A DNA stretch of 64,000 nucleotides from contig CAVSHJ010000005.1 of the NCBI GenBank assembly GCA_963727725.1, forward strand, positions 92,246 through 156,245, given 5' to 3'. The notes below the pieces were generated by a model. That model had not been told where the DNA came from. It saw only the letters and a list, made by a program, of their open reading frames with translations, and made no database searches. This document shows, piece after piece, positions 19,161-28,652 of the stretch (position 1 is its first letter; each line of letters begins with the position of its first letter). The position numbers and the translations under genes are program-made. The stretch comes from Thermodesulfovibrionales bacterium (GTDB taxonomy: Bacteria > Nitrospirota > Thermodesulfovibrionia > Thermodesulfovibrionales > SM23-35).

Positions 19161-20072
19161 ATGATAGAACTGATAAAAAACCCTAACATAAATTTCCTCG
19201 GCAAGAGGAATATCGCCTTTATATTTTCAGGAATACTTGTTGCGATCGGCATCATTGCGGTAGTACAGATAGCGACCGGACGAGCAAATCTCGGGATCGA
19301 TTTTGCCGGCGGGACCGCCATACAGTTCAAGTTCGAAAAGCCCGTTGCCCTGCATGCGGTCAGGCTTGCGCTCGAAAAAGGAGGACTGAAGGACTTTGAC
19401 CTCCAGGATTTTCCCGCAGTAAACAAGATGCTTATACGGGTTAAAAAAACGGAGACGGAACTCGGCAAGGTCTCAGATACTGTCACAAACATTCTCAGTC
19501 AGGCATTCCCCGATAACAAATATGTGATTGACTCATCGACTTCGATAGGGCCCACGGTCGGGAACAGACTTAAGGCGGACGCGGCAAAGGCCATCGCATT
19601 CGCTGTGGTCGGGATACTCCTCTACGTCGCTTTCAGATTTCAGTTCAAGTTCGGGGTTGGCGCAACCATCGCCACTTTCCACGATGTCCTCGCTGTGCTC
19701 GGTTTATTTTATCTCATGGGAAAGGAAATCAACCTCATCCTGGTCACGGCGCTTTTGACAATCGCCGGCTATTCTCTCACAGATACTGTAGTCGTGTTTG
19801 ACAGGATCAGAGAAAACCTGAAAATAAAGCAGAGAGAAAGTGTCGAGACGGTCATGAACAGCAGTATCAACGAGGTCTTGTCAAGGACGATCATAACCTC
19901 GGCAACGGTTCTCCTCACATCTCTGTCGCTCTTTTTATTTGGCGGTGAAGTGATTCACGACTTTGCACTCGCCATGATACTGGGGGTGATCGTCGGCACT
20001 TATTCTTCCATATTCGTTGCAAGCCCGGTTGTACTCGTATGGGGAGGGAAGAGGCCTTTCGCAAAAAAATAA
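19161..20072 (+). CDS. secF: Protein translocase subunit SecF
   Basis: GIDFAGGT motif and six TM helices. It follows secD. Confidence 0.95.
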   Translation: MIELIKNPNINFLGKRNIAFIFSGILVAIGIIAVVQIATGRANLGIDFAGGTAIQFKFEKPVALHAVRLALEKGGLKDFDLQDFPAVNKMLIRVKKTETELGKVSDTVTNILSQAFPDNKYVIDSSTSIGPTVGNRLKADAAKAIAFAVVGILLYVAFRFQFKFGVGATIATFHDVLAVLGLFYLMGKEINLILVTALLTIAGYSLTDTVVVFDRIRENLKIKQRESVETVMNSSINEVLSRTIITSATVLLTSLSLFLFGGEVIHDFALAMILGVIVGTYSSIFVASPVVLVWGGKRPFAKK

Positions 20073-20191
20073 CGTAAACCCCGTAAGGTGAAAAGAGTAA
20101 AGTGTAAGGTGTCGTTCATAAGTCATAAGAACATGTTCAAGCTTTTACGCTTCACTCCGCCTGAGGCGGATTGCGCTTCACGGAATTACGG
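20073..20191. repeat. Inverted arrays of a degenerate heptamer (CGTAAAG-like) around a short spacer
   Basis: Left arm: CGTAAAC..CGTAAGG TGAAAAG AGTAAAG TGTAAGG. The right arm is the complementary units (CTTTTACG CTTCAC ... CTTCACG GAATTACG), interrupted by the TCCGCCTGAGGCGGA hairpin. Confidence 0.65.
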
Positions 20192-20198
20192 CTATTAG

Positions 20199-21932
20199 AT
20201 GCACAGGCGCTGGCTCGTTAACAGGACCAATCCGGAATATGTAACATATTTATCGAAAGCTGCATCTATTTCTCCCGTTCTTGCACAGATATTCATAAAC
20301 AGAGGTATAAAGACTTCAGGAGAAATCAGTTCCTTCCTCAATCCTCACGTCTCTCAGTTATCCAACCCCTTCGACATGGAGGGCATGAAAAAAGCTGTCG
20401 ACAGAATAGTGACAGCGATAAGAAACGGCGAGAAGATACTGGTTCATGGCGATTACGATGCTGACGGTCTGTCGGCAACAGCAATAATGCTCCTGGCCCT
20501 GAAAATGCTCGGGGCTGATTGTCGCTCCTTTATCCCTAACAGGATGGAACACGGATATGGTTTTACCACGCCATCCGTGAGAGAGGCAAAGCAGAAGGGC
20601 GTTTCCCTCATAATAACCGTTGATTGCGGCATAACCTCATTTGAGGCAGCAAGTCTTTGCAGGAAAGAAGGCATCGACGTCATCATAACCGACCATCATG
20701 AACCGGTGAGAAACCTGTCGCCAAGCGCAAGGAGCAAAGAGTCAGGAGAAGACAATTTTTTGCTTCCTGATGCCCTTGCTCTTATCAACCCTAAAATCTC
20801 CAATCTCAATTCTCCGGCCTCAAATCTGTCCGGGGCCGGCATCGCGTTTAAGGTTGCCCATGCTCTGGCTATGGCCCATGAGTCACAGTTCCCTGTACAC
20901 GACCTTTTTGACCTGGCTGCCCTTGGCACAATGGCGGATGTCGTACCGCTGACAGGCGAAAACAGGCTCATTGTAAGAGAGGGGTTACGCCTGATCGAGA
21001 GAGGGGTTAGGCCTGGCTTACAGGCACTGAAAAAGGCTTCGGGAATCGATGGAAGAGGGATGAAGACAGGCATCCTGCTATTCACGCTCATCCCCAGGAT
21101 CAATGCCGCCGGCAGGCTCTCCGATTCCGGCAGGGTTCTCGACCTCCTCCTCGCTGATTCCGAAGAGGAGGCGACCGACATAGCAGTATGGCTTGACGAT
21201 ATTAATTCGGAGAGACAGCAGATAGAGGAAAAAGTATACCGGGAGGCTGTCTCTATGCTCTGCCGGCGGGAAATAGACCCCGTAATAGTCCTTTCATCGG
21301 AGGGATGGCACAAGGGCGTAATTGGCATCGTAGCATCAAGGATCGCAGAGGAATTTTACCGGCCCACGGTTATCCTTTCTACGGAAGGCTCCATCTCCAG
21401 GGGTTCAGCAAGAAGCATCCCGCCTTTTGACCTTTATCAGGCCCTCTCGGACTGTAAGAAATTCCTGAAAGGATTCGGCGGTCATAAACAGGCCGCAGGG
21501 TTGGAATTGGAGTCCCGGAACATTCCCTCTTTTTCAGAATCTATGAATAAGCTTGCGAATGAGATGCTCACCGAGGGAGATTTTGTCCCTTTACTGGAAA
21601 TAGATGCTGATGTCGACCTGACCGATATTACTTTCGATCTCACAAGGGAGTTTGAGATGCTTGAACCTTTCGGGTTTGGGAATCCTGCACCTCTTTTGGG
21701 CTGTAAAGGACTGGAAGTCCTCCACGCCCGCATTGTCAAAGACCATCACCTGAAGATGAAACTCGGGCAAAAGAACCAGTCTATCGATGCCATAGGGTTT
21801 TCCATGGCATCCCATTTTGACAAACTTGGGACCGCAAATATCGTGGATGCGGTATTTATTCCAACAGTGAATGAGTGGGAAGGCCTCAAATGCCTCCAGT
21901 TGAACCTCAAGGCGCTCAGACCAAGCCGATAA
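20199..21932 (+). CDS. recJ: Single-stranded-DNA-specific exonuclease RecJ
   Basis: DHH family motifs HGDYDADG and ITDHHEP. 577 aa. Confidence 0.95.
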   Translation: MHRRWLVNRTNPEYVTYLSKAASISPVLAQIFINRGIKTSGEISSFLNPHVSQLSNPFDMEGMKKAVDRIVTAIRNGEKILVHGDYDADGLSATAIMLLALKMLGADCRSFIPNRMEHGYGFTTPSVREAKQKGVSLIITVDCGITSFEAASLCRKEGIDVIITDHHEPVRNLSPSARSKESGEDNFLLPDALALINPKISNLNSPASNLSGAGIAFKVAHALAMAHESQFPVHDLFDLAALGTMADVVPLTGENRLIVREGLRLIERGVRPGLQALKKASGIDGRGMKTGILLFTLIPRINAAGRLSDSGRVLDLLLADSEEEATDIAVWLDDINSERQQIEEKVYREAVSMLCRREIDPVIVLSSEGWHKGVIGIVASRIAEEFYRPTVILSTEGSISRGSARSIPPFDLYQALSDCKKFLKGFGGHKQAAGLELESRNIPSFSESMNKLANEMLTEGDFVPLLEIDADVDLTDITFDLTREFEMLEPFGFGNPAPLLGCKGLEVLHARIVKDHHLKMKLGQKNQSIDAIGFSMASHFDKLGTANIVDAVFIPTVNEWEGLKCLQLNLKALRPSR

Positions 21933-22067
21933 CCGTAAATCGTAAATCCGTAACGCGTGAAGCGTAAGGTGTGAGGAGTTAAGAAGCAATAAAGGAACCA
22001 TGGGAATATCCCGGTTTCCTCTCTTCATTCTTTACACTTTACGATTTACGCTTCACGCTTTACGATC
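21933..22067. repeat. Inverted arrays of the same heptamer family, forming a long imperfect hairpin
   Basis: Left arm: CGTAAAT CGTAAAT CGTAACG CGTGAAG CGTAAGG TGTGAGG AGTTAAG. Right arm: CTTCATT CTTTACA CTTTACG ATTTACG CTTCACG CTTTACG. Confidence 0.7.
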
Positions 22068-22092
22068 TTAACTCGTCGTTTCTTGTAAATTG

Positions 22093-22098
22093 TATAAT
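22093..22098 (+). promoter_or_regulatory. Perfect -10 box TATAAT, 6 nt upstream of the rel ATG
   Basis: TATAAT-acagtt-ATG(22105). I saw no convincing -35. Confidence 0.35.
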
Positions 22099-22104
22099 AC
22101 AGTT

Positions 22105-24237
22105 ATGAATAAGGCCCTTATGACCATTGACGCCCTGCTCGAAAAGGTCTTTGCCTATCAGCCTGACGCAGATGTCGACGTACTGAAACGCGCATATATT
22201 TTTTCGAGCGAAGCCCATTGCAGCCAGAAAAGGATAGAAGGCTCACCTTATATAGAACATCCCCTTGCGGTCGCTTCTATTCTCGCGGACATGAAAATGG
22301 ACATCGGGACCATTGCGGCAGGTCTCCTGCATGATACTGTAGAAGACACGGAAACAACAGTCAAAGACATAAGAGATCTTTTCGGGAAAGAAGTCGCCTT
22401 TCTCGTAGAGGGATTGACAAAGCTCTCCAAGATGGAATTCATGACCAGAGAAGAGGCCCAGGCGGAGAATTTCAGGAAGATGCTTTTGGCGATGTCCGAG
22501 GACCTCCGCATAATACTTATTAAATTTGCCGACAGGTTACATAATATGCGCACGCTGCAGCATCTGCCCGCAAATAAACAACACAGGATAGCTTTGGAAA
22601 CCCTCGAAATCTATGCTCCGATAGCAAACAGACTTGGTATCGGCTGGATGAGGACCGAACTTGAAGACCTTGGTTTCAGGATCATCATGCCGGACCTCTA
22701 CAACGAACTCGTCAGAAAAGTCGCGACTAGAAAAGAAGAGCAGGAGGAGTATCTGAAAGAGGTCACTGCGATTGTGATGAACAAGCTGAAAGAGGAAGGC
22801 ATTCCCGGAAAAGTATCCTGGAGGATAAAACATTACTACGGCATTTATCAGAAGATGCAGGCGCAGGAGATCACCTTCGAACAGGTACACGACGTTCTCG
22901 GCCTGAGGATAATAACCGACACGAAGGCCGACTGTTACGCTGTGCTCGGCCTCATCCATTCCCTCTGGTCACCCGTGCCCGGCAGATTTAAAGATTATAT
23001 CGGCGTCCCGAAATCAAACATGTATCAATCCCTGCATACCACCGTCATAGGGCCCGGGGGGGAGAGGGTCGAGTTTCAGATCAGGACATCGGAGATGCAT
23101 ATGATCGCAGAGCATGGCATAGCATCTCACTGGAGATACAAGGAAAAGGGAAGGATCGATGAAAAGGGTGACAGGTACATTTCCTGGCTCAGGAAACTGA
23201 TACAGAGCCAGAGAGAACTCAGTGATGCAAAAGACTTTCTTGAGGCGGTGAAAGGCGAAGTTGTTCCCGAGGTCATCTATGTATTCACCCCGAAGGGAGA
23301 GATAAAGGAGATGCCTGTGGGTTCGACTCCCGTTGACTTTGCCTATAGCATCCATACGCAGGTGGGCAATAAGTGTGTCGGTGCAAAGGTGAACGGAAGG
23401 ATCGTGCCTCTTAAATTCACTTTGAGAAACGGCGATACGGTCGAGATAATAACTTCTCCGGCACAAGGTCCGAGCAGGGACTGGCTCAAATTCGTTGTGA
23501 CCCAGCGGGCAAAAGGCAGGATAAAGCAGTGGATAAAGGCAGAAGAACGGAAGCAGAGCATCGAGCTCGGCCTTAAGCTCCTTGAAGGAGAACTGAGAAG
23601 ACATGATCTCAGCGTGTCTGTCCTCAAATCAGATGAAATGCAGAAGGTACTGAAATTCTTCAGTATACAGTCTATCGAGGACCTCCATGCGTTCGTTGGC
23701 TATGGAAAACTGTCGGCACATCAGATCGTGAACAAGTTGTTGCCGGAAAAACCGGTAGAGGAAGTTCCTGTCACAAAGGTCCAAAAGCCCATGAAAGAGC
23801 AGAGAGGCATCACGATCAAGGGAGTAGACAATGTCTTATACCATAGGGCAAACTGTTGCTTTCCTATTCCGGGTGACAACCTCATAGGATTTGTGACCAG
23901 GGGAAGGGGTGTCACAATCCACCGAAAGGACTGTCCGAACCTGGACAGACTCGCAGTCGATAATGCGAGACTCGTTGATGTCGAATGGAAACCGGAGGGT
24001 GAAGCGACCTCACCGGTAAGGCTGTTGATAGAAACCATTGACAAACCGGGGATACTCGCAAGCCTCAGTGCCCTTATATCGTCGGTAAATGTAAATATAA
24101 GCAATATCACTGCGAGTTCGACAGAAGACGAGAAGGCACATATCACCTTCATCCTTGCTGTCAGGGATAAGAGTCAGCTCGCCGCATTAACCCGGAAGAT
24201 AGCGCAGCTTGAAGGCGTCTTGAAGGTCAGCAGATGA
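22105..24237 (+). CDS. rel: Bifunctional (p)ppGpp synthetase/hydrolase (RelA/SpoT homolog)
   Basis: HD hydrolase (HPLAVA...LLHDTVEDT), synthetase domain, TGS (VFTPKGEIKEMPVGSTPVDFAY) and a C-terminal ACT domain. The track ORF opens at 22090 (TTG). The ATGs at 22105 or 22120 are more plausible starts. Confidence 0.95.
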   Translation: MNKALMTIDALLEKVFAYQPDADVDVLKRAYIFSSEAHCSQKRIEGSPYIEHPLAVASILADMKMDIGTIAAGLLHDTVEDTETTVKDIRDLFGKEVAFLVEGLTKLSKMEFMTREEAQAENFRKMLLAMSEDLRIILIKFADRLHNMRTLQHLPANKQHRIALETLEIYAPIANRLGIGWMRTELEDLGFRIIMPDLYNELVRKVATRKEEQEEYLKEVTAIVMNKLKEEGIPGKVSWRIKHYYGIYQKMQAQEITFEQVHDVLGLRIITDTKADCYAVLGLIHSLWSPVPGRFKDYIGVPKSNMYQSLHTTVIGPGGERVEFQIRTSEMHMIAEHGIASHWRYKEKGRIDEKGDRYISWLRKLIQSQRELSDAKDFLEAVKGEVVPEVIYVFTPKGEIKEMPVGSTPVDFAYSIHTQVGNKCVGAKVNGRIVPLKFTLRNGDTVEIITSPAQGPSRDWLKFVVTQRAKGRIKQWIKAEERKQSIELGLKLLEGELRRHDLSVSVLKSDEMQKVLKFFSIQSIEDLHAFVGYGKLSAHQIVNKLLPEKPVEEVPVTKVQKPMKEQRGITIKGVDNVLYHRANCCFPIPGDNLIGFVTRGRGVTIHRKDCPNLDRLAVDNARLVDVEWKPEGEATSPVRLLIETIDKPGILASLSALISSVNVNISNITASSTEDEKAHITFILAVRDKSQLAALTRKIAQLEGVLKVSR

Positions 24238-24321
24238 AGCCGCCTGCCGCCCGCTGAGTCATCCCGGACAACCGTCTTTTTTCTTTTCACGGCCATTCAA
24301 AACACGGATAAGTCCTTATTG

Positions 24322-24330
24322 TGTTATAAT
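24322..24330 (+). promoter_or_regulatory. Extended -10 promoter TGtTATAAT
   Basis: Ends 10 nt before the ATG at 24341, with no SD in between. Confidence 0.4.
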
Positions 24331-24340
24331 AATCCATAAA

Positions 24341-25078
24341 ATGGCTGATCTGAGGATAGGATGTAGTGGTTTTCTCTATGATCATTGGAAAGGCAATTTC
24401 TATCCCGATGACCTTCCAAGAAACCGCTGGCTTCAATATTACAGCAAGCATTTCTCCACAGTCGAACTCAACGTAACGTTCTACCGTCTACCCGATCGGG
24501 AGACTTTCGCAAAATGGTATCTGTCAACACCTGAGGATTTTATTTTTTCACTCAAGGGAAGCAGATTTATCACACATGTGAAGAAGCTGAAAGATTGCGA
24601 AGAGCCGATCGAAGCCTTCTTCTCCAGGGCATCGGTACTCAAGGAAAAACTGGGTGTCGTTCTGTGGCAGTTCCCTCCCACTTTCAATCTGGACCTGGAA
24701 CGTTTCAGGGAGTTCCTCGAGGCATTGAGACCTTACAACCTGAGGAATACATTTGAATTCAGGAACAAGACATGGATAAACAAAAAGATTTTTGCTCTAC
24801 TTGAAAAGCAGAAGGCGGCTTTATGCATGGCTGACCATCCCGATTTCCTCGCGGACCTTCCGGTAACGTCTGATTTTATATATATAAGAAGACACGGTAA
24901 AGAAGGAAGCTATGCCACGTCGTACAGCACCGAATTATTGAAGAAAGATGCGAAATTCATCAAGGCGCATCTGAGACAGAAAAAAGATATCTTCGTCTAT
25001 TTCAACAATGACGCATCCGGCTATGCGCCGAAGAATGCGGCAGAACTCGTCACGCTTGTCGGGAGAAAAAAGAGGTAG
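24341..25078 (+). CDS. DUF72 (YecE-like) protein
   Basis: YPDDLPRNRWLQYYSKHFSTVELNVTFYRLP is the typical DUF72 N-terminus. Confidence 0.85.
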   Translation: MADLRIGCSGFLYDHWKGNFYPDDLPRNRWLQYYSKHFSTVELNVTFYRLPDRETFAKWYLSTPEDFIFSLKGSRFITHVKKLKDCEEPIEAFFSRASVLKEKLGVVLWQFPPTFNLDLERFREFLEALRPYNLRNTFEFRNKTWINKKIFALLEKQKAALCMADHPDFLADLPVTSDFIYIRRHGKEGSYATSYSTELLKKDAKFIKAHLRQKKDIFVYFNNDASGYAPKNAAELVTLVGRKKR

Positions 25079-26029
25079 TTATTTCCCCCAATCCATTCTG
25101 TATTTTTTCCTCTTGTAAAGATATTTTTCGGCTGAAAGGGCTGCAATACATCCATGAGACGCTGCAACTACAACCTGCCTCACCTCCGTGCAGGTCACGT
25201 CTCCCGCTGCAAAAACGCCGGGCACTGATGTCTCCATGGCAGGACTGACAGGAATGCAACCGTCTTCTCCGGTCTCAATCGCCCCGTAGAGAAAGTCAAC
25301 AATAGGTTTACTTCCGTGAAGATATACAAATACCCCTTCTATTTGCAGTTCAACTTCTTTTTTATCCGGATCAAGCATCTTTATCTTTTCGACCAGATCA
25401 CTCCCCTCTATTGAGGTAACGGTATGACCTAACATTACCTTCAAGTTTGGTTCGCTTAAGGCAGGATGATCTGCAACATGAAGTTTTTGCGTTGGAGATA
25501 TAAGATATACCGTCCCGGCAAATCGTGTTAGAACCCCGGCCTCTTTTACCGCCTCTTCGGAATTTCCGATCACACAGACCTTCATCCCTCTGTAAAAAGC
25601 CGCATCACATATTGCGCAGTAGCTGACCCCCCTTCCGAGAAATTCGCTCTCCCCGTTTATACCGGCTTTCCTGCCCATAGAGCCCGTAGCTATAATCAGA
25701 GTCTTTCCGCCGTACGCCCTCTCCATTGTAATTGCTTCCTTTATTTCATCCGTGACATTGACGCCCACAATCTGCGCCTCCACATATTCTGCACCGAATT
25801 CTATCGCCTGTTTTCTCATAAGGTCGAGTAGTTCCTTGCCTGATAAAGGGCCTGAAAGCCCGGGATAATTCTCGATCCTGTGCGAGTAAGCAAGGGCGCC
25901 TGCGGTCGAAGATTTGTCGAGTATCACGGTCTTCAGTTTTCCCCTCGCAGCATATTGAGCTGCAGTGAGACCCGCCGGCCCGCCGCCGATTATCACGACA
26001 TCATAAATGTCCGCTGTTTCCTCCATCAA
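25079..26029 (-). CDS. trxB: Thioredoxin-disulfide reductase
   Basis: FAD motif VVIIGGGPAG and redox-active CAICDA. 316 aa. Confidence 0.92.
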   Translation of the reverse strand: MMEETADIYDVVIIGGGPAGLTAAQYAARGKLKTVILDKSSTAGALAYSHRIENYPGLSGPLSGKELLDLMRKQAIEFGAEYVEAQIVGVNVTDEIKEAITMERAYGGKTLIIATGSMGRKAGINGESEFLGRGVSYCAICDAAFYRGMKVCVIGNSEEAVKEAGVLTRFAGTVYLISPTQKLHVADHPALSEPNLKVMLGHTVTSIEGSDLVEKIKMLDPDKKEVELQIEGVFVYLHGSKPIVDFLYGAIETGEDGCIPVSPAMETSVPGVFAAGDVTCTEVRQVVVAASHGCIAALSAEKYLYKRKKYRMDWGK

Positions 26030-26117
26030 ATCCTCCTTATCCTATATCATTCATGGAATTAATCGAGATGATGCGGTCCATATAAAATTCATCGTGGGTC
26101 AGTCCATATGTAACTGA

Positions 26118-26268
26118 GATAGTTCAGATGTTTGGAAAAAATTTATTTTTTGATACCTTAGTGTACCTTTGACAGATGGTTTCGGGAATATTCTTAGTAT
26201 ATATAGCACAAAGATAATTTCAGTAGTCTATCAAGTTAAATAAATTTTTGAGAAATGTCTGAACTATC
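26118..26268. mobile_element. MITE-like 151-bp element with 31-bp imperfect terminal inverted repeats
   Basis: GATAGTTCAGATGTTTGGAAAAAATTTATTT (26118-26148) against the reverse complement of 26238-26268, GATAGTTCAGACATTTCTCAAAAATTTATTT. 26 of 31 positions match by manual count. Confidence 0.45.
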
Positions 26269-27086
26269 TACCCCAGCAAAATATCCAGAAGCCTCTCAAG
26301 CTCCTCAAAGGAATAATATTCTATCTCTATTTTACCCTTCTTGCCCTTATTAAATATCCTGACCTTCGTGCCGAGACTCCTGATCAGCTTTTCTTCCAAT
26401 GACGAAATCTGAGGGTCTCTGGCAGCTTGTCCCTTCGCCGGTACGGAGACCTTTTTCGACAGAAATTCGGCTTCTCTTACGCTCAGCCCCTTTTTGATTA
26501 TTTTTCTGGCTGCGTCTATCTGGTTGGCCTTTCCCTCCATTGCCAGTATCGCCTTTGCATGTCCCATACTCAGGGAGCCGTTATAGAGAAAAGATTTCAC
26601 CTCTTCCGGCAACCTCAAAAGCCTCACGTAATTCGCAATCGTTGCCCTGTCCTTGCCGACCCGGTCAGAGAGGTCATCCTGGGTCAGACTGAATTCCGTC
26701 ATCAATCGGCTGAAGGCTTCTGCGGCCTCAATGGGATTCAGGTCTTCTCTCTGGATGTTTTCTATGAGCGCGATTTCGAGAGAATCTCTTGAAGCCACAT
26801 TCTTTATGAGTGCAGGTATTTTTTTCAGCCCTGCGAGTCCCGCCGCCCTCCATCTCCGTTCACCTGTAACAAGTCTGAAGGTACCGTCTCCGACACGCGA
26901 AACGATAACTGGTTGCAGTACTCCTCTCTCTCTTATGGACGCTGCGAGTTCCTTCAGGGAATCGTCCTTGAACATCTTCCTCGGCTGCTGCTCGCCGGGG
27001 AAGATGCGGTCAACGTCGAGGTTGATGACCTCTTCTCCCCTTTCGGGGATGAGAGATTCAAGCCCTTTACCCAACGCCGTTTTCAT
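26268..27086 (-). CDS. parB: Chromosome partitioning protein ParB
   Basis: Start MKTALGKGLESLIP after an AAGGAG SD, and the GERRWRAA box. The track ORF runs upstream to 27143. Confidence 0.93.
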   Translation of the reverse strand: MKTALGKGLESLIPERGEEVINLDVDRIFPGEQQPRKMFKDDSLKELAASIRERGVLQPVIVSRVGDGTFRLVTGERRWRAAGLAGLKKIPALIKNVASRDSLEIALIENIQREDLNPIEAAEAFSRLMTEFSLTQDDLSDRVGKDRATIANYVRLLRLPEEVKSFLYNGSLSMGHAKAILAMEGKANQIDAARKIIKKGLSVREAEFLSKKVSVPAKGQAARDPQISSLEEKLIRSLGTKVRIFNKGKKGKIEIEYYSFEELERLLDILLG

Positions 27087-27843
27087 GGAGTATCTCCTTT
27101 GCAAGGGATAAATAGCTCTGCGCCCCTCTTGAGCGAATATCATATAAAATTACCGGTTTCCCGTAACTCGGCGCCTCTCCGAGGGTGACGTTTCTCGGGA
27201 TTACCGTATCGTAGACTTTATCCCCGAAGTGCTTCCTGACCTCTCTGGCGACCTCCTGGGATAAATTGTTTCTCGGATCAAACATAGTCAGGATTATTCC
27301 TTCAATCTCAAGGTCCGGGTTAAACGAGCCTCTGACGCGGCGCAAGGTCTTTGTTAAAAGCCCGAGTCCCTCGATGGCATAATATTCGCACTGCACAGGG
27401 ATTATAACAGAATCGGCCGCAACAAGTGCATTTAATGTCAGCAATCCCAGGGAGGGGGGGCAGTCGATAAATACGTATCGATATCTCTCTTTGATGGAAT
27501 TTACCGCATCGTCCAGGATATTTTCCCTGCCTTCTCTGCCCACAAGCTCAACCTCAACTCCAAGGAGGTCTATGGTAGATGGCAAGATACTCAGATGTTC
27601 CATCGAGGTTATTTTTAAGGCTTCGGCAATCCCGCATCTTCCGGTATAAACGTCGTAGAGGCTGAAATCGAGGTTGTCCCTGGATACACCGAGGCCGGAC
27701 GTTAAATTCCCCTGGGGGTCCGTATCAATGACAAGGATTTCTTTCTCGGCGAGTGCAAGAGATGCAGCAAGGTTGACGGCGGTTGTTGTCTTTCCGACCC
27801 CGCCTTTCTGGTTGACTATTGTTATTATCTTTCCCATGCTCAC
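27067..27843 (-). CDS. parA: Chromosome partitioning ATPase ParA/Soj
   Basis: Deviant Walker A NQKGGVGKTTT. Overlaps the parB start. Confidence 0.95.
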   Translation of the reverse strand: MSMGKIITIVNQKGGVGKTTTAVNLAASLALAEKEILVIDTDPQGNLTSGLGVSRDNLDFSLYDVYTGRCGIAEALKITSMEHLSILPSTIDLLGVEVELVGREGRENILDDAVNSIKERYRYVFIDCPPSLGLLTLNALVAADSVIIPVQCEYYAIEGLGLLTKTLRRVRGSFNPDLEIEGIILTMFDPRNNLSQEVAREVRKHFGDKVYDTVIPRNVTLGEAPSYGKPVILYDIRSRGAQSYLSLAKEILHENGVG

Positions 27844-28037
27844 ATTAAGGTCTGAATGAAATTATTATACCAGTTTATGAGCACGGCGGGCGCGAGGACG
27901 TCCCGAATTCCATGGTAACCTGTTTGTGATATAATTTCTTGAAAGCAGAGGGAGAAAGGTCCTTTTCAATAAGAGTATTTCTAAATTTCCGCGATGTTTC
28001 TGCCGGTTCCGCGACGGCAGGGAAAAGGGGGTTAGAG

Positions 28038-28652
28038 ATGATAAAGGATATTCACTGGCTCGGGCATGACACATTCAAGATTACCGGGGAAAAAGTCATA
28101 TATACAGACCCGTTCAAGATAAAAAGGAAAGACACCGCAGACATAATTCTCATAACTCATGAGCACTTCGACCACTGCTCCCCTGACGATGTTAAAGCAA
28201 TTCAGGGTCCGGATACCGTTATTGTGATGCCTGCCGACTGCGCGAAAAAGGTATCGGGGGCTATCAGGACCGTGAAGCCCGGCGACAGGATCACCGTTGA
28301 GGGTGTTGAGATCGAGGTTGTACCGTCATATAACACGAACAAGCAGTTCCATCCAAAAACGAATGGCTGGGTCGGATATATCTTCACTGTGAAGGGTCAA
28401 CGGATTTACCTGGCCGGTGATACCGATTATATTCCTGAAATGAAGAATTTGAAGGCAGATATCGCGCTTCTTCCGGTTTCAGGCACTTATGTAATGACCG
28501 CGAAAGAAGCGATCAAGGCGGCTCTCGACATTCAGCCGAAAATCGCGATACCGATGCACTACGGTTCGATTGTCGGCTCGGAAGATGATGCGGAGACCTT
28601 TGCTGAAGGATTGAAGGGAAAGATCGAAGTCGTAATTCTCAAAGAAGAATAG
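28038..28652 (+). CDS. MBL-fold metallo-hydrolase
   Basis: THEHFDHC motif. The ATG at 28038 follows a GGGGG SD. The track start at 27939 is unlikely. Confidence 0.85.
   Translation: MIKDIHWLGHDTFKITGEKVIYTDPFKIKRKDTADIILITHEHFDHCSPDDVKAIQGPDTVIVMPADCAKKVSGAIRTVKPGDRITVEGVEIEVVPSYNTNKQFHPKTNGWVGYIFTVKGQRIYLAGDTDYIPEMKNLKADIALLPVSGTYVMTAKEAIKAALDIQPKIAIPMHYGSIVGSEDDAETFAEGLKGKIEVVILKEE

Noticed and set aside
26029-27900. Search for a parS site (TGTTTCACGTGAAACA-like) near parAB, which might indicate an origin-proximal location.
   Set aside because: Only isolated half-site-like strings occur in the window (for example TGTTTCACG at 51019), and none is palindromic. No dnaA, dnaN or gid genes are present, so I make no origin claim.
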